From a virus (lineage: Duplodnaviria > Heunggongvirae > Uroviricota > Caudoviricetes): a DNA stretch of 6,092 nt. The stretch is from the IMG/VR virus record IMGVR_UViG_2667527717_000005, positions 1-6,092 of that record. The stretch is one strand, 5' to 3'. The notes under the pieces were generated by a model. It searched no databases. It was not told where the DNA came from and saw only the letters and a list, made by a program, of their open reading frames with translations. The first letter of the stretch is position 1. Each line of letters opens with the position of its first letter. Made by a program: the position numbers and the translations under genes. Positions 1-6,092 of this stretch are shown in pieces.

Positions 1-139
1 ATCCGCATTTTACTGCCGCTGACGCTGGCCATCCTCGACGGCATGTCCGTACGCGTTGCGGATGAAGTTTTCATTCTGCCGCTGAATGCTGTCATGGAAT
101 CACTGTAACCCCGCGAAGCCGATCTGCATCCACTGGCCG
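1..139 (+). pseudogene. cheA: 3' fragment of a cheA-like chemotaxis histidine kinase gene (end of ATP-binding domain into start of CheW-like P5 domain); in-frame TAA at 106-108; homology ends at 139/140
   Basis: Plus frame 1 translates as IRILLPLTLAILDGMSVRVADEVFILPLNAVMESL*PREADLHPLA. This matches, from memory, the conserved segment of enterobacterial CheA that follows the G2 box (as I recall ...TIRILLPLTLAILDGMSVRVADEVFILPLNAVMESLQPREADLHPLAGGERV...). The frame stays CheA-like for 10 codons after the TAA, then diverges at 139/140. Fragment runs off the left edge of the window. Confidence 0.55.
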
Positions 140-994
140 AAGTTTCACAATCCCTTTTTGTGTCAGGGTACCGTCAGGAATACTCGTAATCTGTCCCCAG
201 GGGTGCGTATGACTACCCGCAGCCTTACTATTCGCCAGGTCATATGCCGCCTTCACCGCGCTCGGAGTCGCCGCCTCTGTCGTGCTGTTGCTATTGGTCG
301 CGTTACTAAGCTTCACAATCCCTTTTTGCGTCAGTGTGCCATCTGGTATATCAGTAATCTGACTCCAGGTATGACGATGATTTCGAGCCTCAATCAGTGC
401 CGCTTTCACCGCTTTTGGCGTAGCCGCTTTGGTTTCGTCATCACTGTCAGTGGCGTTACTCAACTGCGTAAAGCCTTTTTGTGTCAATGTAGCATCAGGG
501 TGGTTAGTCGAATGTTCGTGTTCATCCAGTTGCGAATCGACGTAATCCCGTGTTGCCAGCACAATACTGGGATCAACGGTGAGTGTTACCGCAGTCGTGT
601 TGGACACTTCCATAATGAGACGAATGCAAACTTGCTTACCGCAGCCGCCGGGTAATAGCGGTTTATACGACTCCGGGAATTTACCGATAGCAATGAGTTC
701 ACCATCGGTATCAAAAACGCCGACTTCACGTATATACCAGCCGCCGATATTTTCGGGCAGTACAAGTTCCGCAATTAACCAGCTAGGATTATTGGGCGCA
801 ACTGTTAATGTATTTAAATCACCGCGCCAGACCTCATGGCGTAATTTAGTTTGACTCGCCGTGGGTTCATAATATTGCCCACCGCCGTCTCCAACGGCCA
901 TCTTTTGCAGATGCAGTTGTTTTTTATCCGCAAGAGCACTGGCAATTTTTGCCATCCCTCTATTGGTCAGGAGGGTATAAAATTCATTATCCAT
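92..994 (-). CDS. Phage tail fiber protein, truncated (P2 gpH-like N-terminal baseplate-attachment domain plus about 2.5 fiber repeats; no receptor-binding C-terminal domain)
   Basis: 300 aa ORF. N-terminal motifs MAVGDGGG, HEVWR, IAELVLP and ESYKP follow the pattern of the P2 gpH / Mu S tail fiber N-terminal domain. It is followed by repeats of the TLTQKGxxxLSNAT...AATPxAVKAA type. Start ATG at 994 has GGAG 6 nt upstream. Residues 286-300 (RPVDADRLRGVTVIP) and the TGA stop are encoded by the antisense of the cheA-like fragment. Confidence 0.85.
   Translation of the reverse strand: MDNEFYTLLTNRGMAKIASALADKKQLHLQKMAVGDGGGQYYEPTASQTKLRHEVWRGDLNTLTVAPNNPSWLIAELVLPENIGGWYIREVGVFDTDGELIAIGKFPESYKPLLPGGCGKQVCIRLIMEVSNTTAVTLTVDPSIVLATRDYVDSQLDEHEHSTNHPDATLTQKGFTQLSNATDSDDETKAATPKAVKAALIEARNHRHTWSQITDIPDGTLTQKGIVKLSNATNSNSTTEAATPSAVKAAYDLANSKAAGSHTHPWGQITSIPDGTLTQKGIVKLRPVDADRLRGVTVIP
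140..520 (-). repeat. Imperfect tandem tail-fiber repeats inside the fiber gene (2 full units of about 51-56 codons plus a third unit cut off after 13 codons)
   Basis: Plus-strand motif ttcacaatccctttttg occurs at 144-160 and 312-328 (168 bp apart), with the related cctttttgtgtca at 474-486. Extended alignment of 140-200 against 308-368 is about 73% identical. At protein level: HPDATLTQKGFTQLSNAT..., DIPDGTLTQKGIVKLSNAT..., SIPDGTLTQKGIVKL|. Confidence 0.75.
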
Positions 995-996
995 AA

Positions 997-1629
997 TTAC
1001 TCCGGGTAAATAGATGTAATTTCAAGGCTCCATTGCCCTGTTCCGTAATAGATTGATGTGTTTTGCTGTACTTCCCGTATCTGGAAAGGTAAAACCGACG
1101 TCAGTTCACCACCATAAAGTGCACAACCAATAACAGGAATAGCACTTTGGTTAATGATCCAGACAATTAATGCTTCCAGTTTTGAACGTGTGTTTTTATA
1201 TTTATGAATGAGTTCTACCAGATTATTGAAAAGGTTTTCATCCATGCCTTTATCCACCAGCTCTATATCAACCTTAAAAAAATAAGCCTTCCCCCCATAT
1301 TCAAACCATTCTGAAATAGTTCCTGGTAATGAGAGTATTTCCAGCACCCGCCGTACCGCCCAAATCGTTCCTTTATATTTATGCAGCTCAATGGCTTGCT
1401 TAATTAGCTCGCGCTTCTCCCGTTCATCGGTGGTAAATAACCAACCTTCCAGCCCCTGAACGTGAAATTGTTCTGCAAGGGCTGGTAATGCCGAAGCATC
1501 AACCAGGTCGACCAGATAAACCATCAACGCCGTAAGATCGAGTTGGGCAAAACGCTCGGCGGCGATATTTGCCAGAATCGAAAAACGCTCATCGCTGGCA
1601 AGCGGCGGCGGTGGCAGCAATTTATCCAT
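997..1629 (-). CDS. Baseplate/tail protein, P2 gpI-like
   Basis: 210 aa ORF directly upstream of the fiber gene, the conserved gpI position. Contains an HKYKGTIWAVRRV motif resembling the gpI-family HxxGT(I/V)xA(I/V)RR region. Its stop TAA (997-999) lies 2 nt from the fiber ATG, and its start overlaps the J stop by 8 nt (ATGGATAAA). Confidence 0.8.
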   Translation of the reverse strand: MDKLLPPPPLASDERFSILANIAAERFAQLDLTALMVYLVDLVDASALPALAEQFHVQGLEGWLFTTDEREKRELIKQAIELHKYKGTIWAVRRVLEILSLPGTISEWFEYGGKAYFFKVDIELVDKGMDENLFNNLVELIHKYKNTRSKLEALIVWIINQSAIPVIGCALYGGELTSVLPFQIREVQQNTSIYYGTGQWSLEITSIYPE

Positions 1630-2737
1630 CGCTAACTCCGGCGATCGTTACGTCTATTGCAGTGCATTCCGCCCATTCATGCGCCTGCAAAATACGTTTT
1701 GTAGGCAAGTTCAGCACAACGTCATAGACGCCATCGACCTGTAACACTTTGATTATCTGGTTTGGCACAATGTCCTGCCCCAGATGTTTCTGCCGCTGTT
1801 GCGTCCAGAGGCTAATCGCTTTACGCGCCGCAGCCAGAGTTGTCTCCTGATCGGCGGTGGTAAACAGCGTTAGCTGCGCACGGATCTCATACGGCACTCG
1901 AAGAGCGCATTTCGCACTCACTTTGTCGGTCAGCGGACGTTTTTTCTCCTTGCTAACCTCCTGTTCGATTTGCGCGAGCAGTTCTATTCCCGGCAGTCCG
2001 TTCAGGGTTAGCGGGTAGATCTCCACGCAGCCTTCTGGCAATCCCTCGTCCGGCCCCAGTACTGCAACGTCAATAATCGACTGGCTTACGGAAAGCGTAT
2101 GAAAGCGGTAGGCACCATAGCTGCCCGCATTACTAAAGCTTTCTGGTGCCAGTTGGATACGCTGGCGCAATGCGTCATCGCTCTCTTCACCGCAGCCGCC
2201 CGTTGACGCAGTCAGGTTGATTACGTTGATGTCATAATGACCAATCCTGTCGACCAGAGCGCTAATTTGTGCAGGCTGCCAGCCGTTACCCTGTTCACCT
2301 GCTGCGAGGCTGGTGGCAGGAACGGCGATATGCAAACTCCTGGCCGGGAGCAGAACATCTTCATCGGTGGCGAACATCACGCTATCAGAGGCACTGGCCC
2401 GCGTCCCCTGGGGAATCAGGATATTGCTGGTATACGCACTGACAACCGAAAACTGCAACGTCGTTTTTGCTGACTGCGCAGGCAAACGATGAACGCCCAC
2501 CAGCTCCCCTAAATAATCCAGCATTGGCGCGCGGGAATACGCGACCAGGTTCTGTTTCGCCGCTTCCTGAATGGCGATGCGTACAAGGTTTTCACGATAG
2601 GCAAAAAGGTCAATCAGCAACCGCTCGGCCTGTGCCGGGTAGAGCTTTTTGCCGCTGGCATCTTCGTATTGCGCAATCATCTCGCTGGTAATTTGCGCAG
2701 GATCGCGTTCAATAAAATTGGGTTCGGCTATCGCCAT
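1622..2737 (-). CDS. Baseplate J-like protein (P2 gpJ / Mu gp47 / T4 gp6-like wedge protein)
   Basis: 371 aa ORF with a central SFSNAGSYGAYRFHTLSV region that resembles the conserved gpJ-family core. Sits between the W-like and I-like genes as in P2. Start overlaps the W stop by 10 nt. Confidence 0.85.
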   Translation of the reverse strand: MAIAEPNFIERDPAQITSEMIAQYEDASGKKLYPAQAERLLIDLFAYRENLVRIAIQEAAKQNLVAYSRAPMLDYLGELVGVHRLPAQSAKTTLQFSVVSAYTSNILIPQGTRASASDSVMFATDEDVLLPARSLHIAVPATSLAAGEQGNGWQPAQISALVDRIGHYDINVINLTASTGGCGEESDDALRQRIQLAPESFSNAGSYGAYRFHTLSVSQSIIDVAVLGPDEGLPEGCVEIYPLTLNGLPGIELLAQIEQEVSKEKKRPLTDKVSAKCALRVPYEIRAQLTLFTTADQETTLAAARKAISLWTQQRQKHLGQDIVPNQIIKVLQVDGVYDVVLNLPTKRILQAHEWAECTAIDVTIAGVSDG

Positions 2738-3087
2738 AACACCTCCGTTGAGTTGATTACGCCGTCAGCGGCGCGCCATTGCACACGTAACGTCAGATGT
2801 TCACCGTCGATTACAGGTGTCACCTTCAGCAACCGGCAGCGCGGTTCCCACTGGCGGATGGCCTCTACCGACTCCCGTACCACATGCGGGATCGCCCGCT
2901 CGATGGGATAATCGATGTAGTGCCACAAATTGCTGCCAAACAGCGGTCTGTGGGGATCACTGCCGCGCGGTGTACGCAGAATGATGTGTATTGCCTGGTG
3001 AATATCATCCAGTCCGCAGACGTATTCTTCAGGCCGCTGCAAGGCCGGTTGCCAGTGCAGCGTTGAGGGGCGTGTTTTTGTGTTCAT
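2728..3087 (-). CDS. Baseplate wedge protein, P2 gpW / T4 gp25-like
   Basis: 119 aa ORF, the size and position typical of gpW (between V and J). Contains a gpW-like IxxILxTPxGS core (IHIILRTPRGS). Start ATG at 3085-3087. Confidence 0.8.
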   Translation of the reverse strand: MNTKTRPSTLHWQPALQRPEEYVCGLDDIHQAIHIILRTPRGSDPHRPLFGSNLWHYIDYPIERAIPHVVRESVEAIRQWEPRCRLLKVTPVIDGEHLTLRVQWRAADGVINSTEVLWR

Positions 3088-3150
3088 GAGGGTATTTTCG
3101 CCCTGACCGGGCTGTGGAGATATTAAAGCGATTTAGAAAACTGATTGATT

Positions 3151-3184
3151 AAAAAGAGAAAACCCGCTATCAGGCGGGTTAAAA
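3151..3184 (-). terminator. Candidate rho-independent terminator or attenuator directly after the spike gene, between V and W
   Basis: On the minus strand, immediately 3' of the V stop: TGA-c-tttt-AACCCGC-ctgata-GCGGGTT-TTCTCTTTTT. That is a 7 bp GC-rich stem (3161-3167 pairing with 3174-3180), a 6 nt loop, then a run with 8 of 10 T. Seen directly in the sequence; function is inferred. Confidence 0.45.
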
Positions 3185-3185
3185 G

Positions 3186-3887
3186 TCAGTGTGAATGGTG
3201 GTTGGAGTTGCCACCGCTGTCCTGCAATGCGCCGCTGGCCTGAACGTTGCCGATCACGTTGACATTGCCGGTTATCGTGGCGGCGTTACCGATGCCTCCA
3301 CTTCCTGCCATCCCACCAAGCCAGGTGAGTTTTTTCATCACCGTGACGTTGCCGGTAAAGGTACTGAGCGGTGCGTCTACCGTTACAGCCATCGCTTTAA
3401 CATCGACCTTACTGGCTTCAATGCTGACGTCGGTGGCTTTCACATCAACAGTGTCGGAAGTCACGGTGACGTGTTGGGCTTTAACCTCAACGTTGGGCGA
3501 TATCAGGCTGGTACGGTCGATAACCTCAATCACGATTTTTTCGATACCACCGTTAATCGTAAGCTGGTGGGTGCTGCGGTCATATTCAAACGCTGCGCCA
3601 TCGGAAAACTGGACATAGCGTTTGTCGCGCGATGCTACTGGCGCGGTATCTACCGTTGAATATACTGCGCCCAGCACCACGCCATCTTCACCGTTATCAT
3701 CCAGCAGAACCTCCACCTGCTCTCCCATGTCCGGTAGCCAGTAGTCTTTATTGTCCTGGGAATTGCGTTGAAGTACCGCAAGCCAGTTGCTCTTCAGATT
3801 GTCACACTCTGGAAGCGTGACTCGCACCCGAACGCTGGTTTCGTCAATATCGCTGATAATCCCCGTTTGCCGGGTTACTCCTTTCAT
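3186..3887 (-). CDS. Baseplate assembly protein V (central spike, P2 gpV-like)
   Basis: 233 aa ORF with an N-terminal OB-fold-like region (WLPDMGEQVEVL, GVVLGAVYS), then short V/T-rich beta-helix-like repeats (VDVKATDVSIEASKVDVKA, GNVTV, GNVNVIGNV), and a C-terminal His cluster NHHSH. A strong Shine-Dalgarno AAGGAGG lies 5 nt upstream of the ATG. Confidence 0.88.
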   Translation of the reverse strand: MKGVTRQTGIISDIDETSVRVRVTLPECDNLKSNWLAVLQRNSQDNKDYWLPDMGEQVEVLLDDNGEDGVVLGAVYSTVDTAPVASRDKRYVQFSDGAAFEYDRSTHQLTINGGIEKIVIEVIDRTSLISPNVEVKAQHVTVTSDTVDVKATDVSIEASKVDVKAMAVTVDAPLSTFTGNVTVMKKLTWLGGMAGSGGIGNAATITGNVNVIGNVQASGALQDSGGNSNHHSH

Positions 3888-3900
3888 ATTTCCTCCTTAC
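3888..3900 (-). promoter_or_regulatory. Ribosome-binding site for the V gene, overlapping the stop codon of the D gene
   Basis: Minus strand reads TAAGGAGGAAATATG: the D stop TAA is followed directly by AAGGAGG and then the V ATG after a 5 nt spacer. Confidence 0.7.
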
Positions 3901-4937
3901 TGGCTGGTCGCTGGCCCGCGTGACACGTCGATTTCAGTGGTATAGCCGCTGCGCACAAAACTGTGAGTAGATTTATCAATCAGCCACTGACCGGAAAGCA
4001 CGCCAAAATCGGTCAGTTCAATTTTATTGCCCGCCGTCAGTTCCGGGCAGCCCATCATTGTGAGCGTTCCGGTTTGCTGATATTCGTTGTGGCTGTCGAG
4101 TGCAGCGTTGGCCTTTGCCTGTGCTGCGCCAATGTCCGTCGCCCGACTGTTCAGTTTTAGCGTGTCGGCACTGGTGCCGACTCCACGGGCAGACGGTTTT
4201 TGCTGGCTGTCGTGGGTGTAGATAACCAGTTCTTTTTTCTTACTATTTTGATGCTGTACGGTGGCGTTTTTGTAGATACGGTTAATGGTATCTTTGAAGG
4301 TGAAATGCGAAACGTCTTTGCGGTCGATCGTTTTTACCGGTGCCAGGCAGCGCAGCGTGGGTAAATGTGAAAAAATCAGCTCTTTTGTCGTCACTTTTAC
4401 GGCATAACCATATTCACTGGCCAGACGTTTGAGAAATCCAACATCGGTTTCACCATACTGCGTTACCCGGTCGATGGTGAGCGGCTCGATTTTGCCCACC
4501 AGTTTCAGACCGTGCGTTTGCGCGATACGGCTGGCGATAGCCGAAAGCGTCGTCTCTTCAAAGCCCTGGCTGTTACGCGTGCGTAGCGCCTGATTGACGG
4601 AAGTGGCGATGCCATCAATATTTACCGTAGAAGGTGGCGATGAAATATCAATTTTATCAATAATATACTGACCACAATCGAGCAGCTTTTCCCCCTGATA
4701 ACCCATATGCAGCGCCAGCGTATCGCCTTTGCCGGGATACCACTCTTTTATCCAGCGTCCATCGGTGTCATCCAGTGTAATCGCGATGGTATCCGACTCG
4801 TTTTTAATACTGTCCTGGTAACTGATGCTGGTGACATAAGGCGTGATGTCATAAGTGATATCTTTATGCCCATACCAGAGGGTAAAAATGGGCGTGAGTG
4901 TTGCAAAGACGCCGCCAGTTACGCTTATCTCAGCCAT
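3897..4937 (-). CDS. Tail protein D (P2 gpD / Mu gpP-like late control D protein; baseplate hub)
   Basis: 346 aa ORF in the conserved position between X and V. Size and layout are consistent with the gpD family. Start ATG (4935-4937) lies inside the last codons of X (13 nt overlap), with GGAG upstream. Confidence 0.8.
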   Translation of the reverse strand: MAEISVTGGVFATLTPIFTLWYGHKDITYDITPYVTSISYQDSIKNESDTIAITLDDTDGRWIKEWYPGKGDTLALHMGYQGEKLLDCGQYIIDKIDISSPPSTVNIDGIATSVNQALRTRNSQGFEETTLSAIASRIAQTHGLKLVGKIEPLTIDRVTQYGETDVGFLKRLASEYGYAVKVTTKELIFSHLPTLRCLAPVKTIDRKDVSHFTFKDTINRIYKNATVQHQNSKKKELVIYTHDSQQKPSARGVGTSADTLKLNSRATDIGAAQAKANAALDSHNEYQQTGTLTMMGCPELTAGNKIELTDFGVLSGQWLIDKSTHSFVRSGYTTEIDVSRGPATSQ

Positions 4938-5134
4938 GGTGGGATCTCCGATAAGGTTTTATTGACGGAAATGACCGGAATGATGAGCTGAATACCGGAA
5001 GGCAGTACCGGATAAATGGCGACATGTGGATTGGCTGCGATAATGCGTTCATAAGCCAGTGCATCGCCGTAGTAATGCCAGGCCAGGTTATCCCAGCGTT
5101 CGCCATCGGTGGTGATATGTTCAAGGTATCGCAT
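4925..5134 (-). CDS. Tail protein X (P2 gpX-like small LysM-like protein)
   Basis: 69 aa ORF with a WHYYGDALAYERIIAANP motif resembling the gpX-family YYG...AANP signature. Its ATG shares a base with the U-like gene stop (TAATG at 5132-5136). Confidence 0.8.
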   Translation of the reverse strand: MRYLEHITTDGERWDNLAWHYYGDALAYERIIAANPHVAIYPVLPSGIQLIIPVISVNKTLSEIPPWLR

Positions 5135-6087
5135 TACCAGCTCCTCGTAATGGTCGCGGCAGCAAGCTGGCTCACTGCGGGAGTGGTTTGTTGTACCGTT
5201 GTTCGTGCCTGATCAACCAACGTTGCGGCTTTATCAAACGTCGCTTCGGCGATGTTGCTGGCAATGTCGTCGAAAAGTGTCTGAGCATGGTCAACCAGCG
5301 TACTGGCGTCATTGGCGCAGTCCCGTATACCTGGCATGTTACCCAGTAAAGCTTTAATCTGAGCCGACAACGCTTTTGGGAGTCCTGCCAGCATTTGCAG
5401 ATCCATTGGCTGTTTAAACAGGGTTTCGATGGCGTCGATAGTCTTTTTCAACGACGTAATTATCTTTTCACACTTTTCTTTTAACGCTTTGGCCTCTTTA
5501 ATCAGTGCTTTCACTTTTGCCACTGTTTTTTTAATATCTTCAATGGTTTGCGCCAGTTCATCGAGCATCTCTTTGGCTTTGCGCATACCTTCTTCAATGG
5601 CGTTCAATATCTGATACAACCAGGACTCCACCTTATTCGGAAAATCGCTCGCCTTTTCCTCGATATTAGGCTCCTGGGTGGTAATTGCCGGGGGCAGCAG
5701 TGGGTTTTTCGGATCGCCGGTATACTCCTGGAGCGACATTGTTCCGCTTTGGGCAATGACATTGCCCCAGGGATCGGTGTGCTGGTGAGTGGCGGTTAAC
5801 TCTGTAATTACAAACCAGCCGCGATAATCTCCGTTGCCAAACACCAGCGCCATTGCTTTGTGAGCAAGCATGGCTTCACGCAGTCGATTCAGCTCTGTTG
5901 TGGGTTGGCAAAACTGGCTGTGCAGGGAAAATTCCAGCGCCAGCATATCCAGCTTATCGCCAATAAACTGCACGCCGGGTTTGCCTTCTATACGGGCATG
6001 TGTGGCGTAATCCACGCCCATTGTGCTTTTAAAGCCGTCCCAGAATGTGACAACTTTAAATTCAATCTCTCCTAAAACGGCATACAT
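5134..6087 (-). CDS. Tail protein with a P2 gpU-like N-terminal region and a long coiled-coil C-terminal extension (possibly Mu DNA-circulation-protein-like)
   Basis: 317 aa ORF. The N-terminus (MYAVLGEIEFKVV...GDYRGWFVITELTATH) resembles gpU-family proteins and the gene sits directly upstream of X and D as in pyocin-type clusters. The C-terminal 170 or so residues are K/E/A-rich with heptad-like periodicity. Start ATG at 6085-6087 is 5 nt from the window edge, so the true start is not certain. Confidence 0.6.
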   Translation of the reverse strand: MYAVLGEIEFKVVTFWDGFKSTMGVDYATHARIEGKPGVQFIGDKLDMLALEFSLHSQFCQPTTELNRLREAMLAHKAMALVFGNGDYRGWFVITELTATHQHTDPWGNVIAQSGTMSLQEYTGDPKNPLLPPAITTQEPNIEEKASDFPNKVESWLYQILNAIEEGMRKAKEMLDELAQTIEDIKKTVAKVKALIKEAKALKEKCEKIITSLKKTIDAIETLFKQPMDLQMLAGLPKALSAQIKALLGNMPGIRDCANDASTLVDHAQTLFDDIASNIAEATFDKAATLVDQARTTVQQTTPAVSQLAAATITRSW

Positions 6088-6092
6088 CAGGC

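Noticed and set aside
1-95. Minus-strand reading frame starting at the ATG at 93-95 (ATGA overlap with the fiber stop) and running off the window, MTAFSGRMKTSSATRTDMPSRM...
   Set aside because: At first it looked like a coupled downstream gene such as a fiber C-terminus or chaperone, but it is simply the antisense of the cheA-like fragment. Ser/Thr/Arg/Met-rich composition and no similarity to chaperones.
1-200. Invertible-segment (Gin/Pin/Cin-type) crossover site at the end of the fiber constant region
   Set aside because: No recognisable gix/pix-like site or flanking inverted repeat, and the downstream sequence is cheA-like rather than an alternative fiber C-terminus or invertase gene.
86-655. 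189 aa plus-strand ORF
   Set aside because: Lies entirely antisense to the tail fiber gene and out of frame with the cheA-like reading frame. It has an odd Cys/Arg-rich composition and no ribosome-binding site, so it is an antisense artefact.
2237-3066. Several 74-89 aa plus-strand ORFs (2237-2473, 2467-2691, 2669-2911, 2797-3066)
   Set aside because: All are embedded antisense within the J-like and W-like genes. They are Arg/Gly/Cys-rich and overlap better-supported CDS.
3088-3150. Possible internal promoter for W-J-I-H in the AT-rich V-W gap (TAATAT hexamer)
   Set aside because: No acceptable -35 element at 16-18 bp spacing and no TGT-N12-ACA dyad of the P2 Ogr-dependent late-promoter type, so it is too weak to call from sequence alone.
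3247-3618. 123 aa plus-strand ORF with hydrophobic, membrane-protein-like composition (also 3195-3659)
   Set aside because: Antisense to the V/T-rich beta-helix region of the spike gene. The hydrophobic reading is a by-product of the repeat codons on the opposite strand.
4930-5124. 64 aa minus-strand ORF in an alternative frame of the X gene (and 62 aa at 586-774 inside the fiber gene)
   Set aside because: Same strand but out of frame with the well-supported genes; no independent start signals.
5024-6075. Plus-strand ORFs of 61-83 aa (5024-5212, 5429-5614, 5548-5799, 5860-6075)
   Set aside because: Antisense to the U-like gene, with low-complexity composition.
1-6092. CRISPR arrays, tRNA or rRNA genes, IS elements, integrase or attachment sites, programmed frameshift sites
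   Set aside because: None was visible on inspection: no regularly spaced direct repeats, no terminal inverted repeats with a transposase ORF, and no slippery heptamer in a context that suggests a frameshifted chaperone.

Overview
This window is almost entirely one minus-strand operon encoding a P2-like / R-type-pyocin-like contractile-tail baseplate module, in the order U-like, X, D (hub), V (spike), W (gp25-like), J, I, H (tail fiber), read from 6087 down to 92. Gene boundaries are tightly coupled and all substantial plus-strand ORFs in the track are antisense artefacts. The most notable thing is at the left edge: bases 1-139 of the plus strand read as the 3' part of a cheA-like chemotaxis kinase gene, with an in-frame TAA at 106-108, ending abruptly at 139/140. 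There the sequence switches to the antisense of a tail fiber gene cut off inside its third fiber repeat, so the fiber ORF's last 15 codons and stop come from the antisense of cheA. This looks like a deletion or rearrangement scar joining a decayed chemotaxis gene to a fiber-truncated prophage or tailocin remnant, though an assembly chimera cannot be excluded. Other points are a candidate intrinsic terminator between V and W, a U-like protein roughly twice the usual length with a coiled-coil C-terminal extension, and a His cluster at the spike tip. No tRNA, rRNA, CRISPR array, IS element or integrase is visible. All protein-family calls rest on recognition from memory and gene order; no database search was possible.
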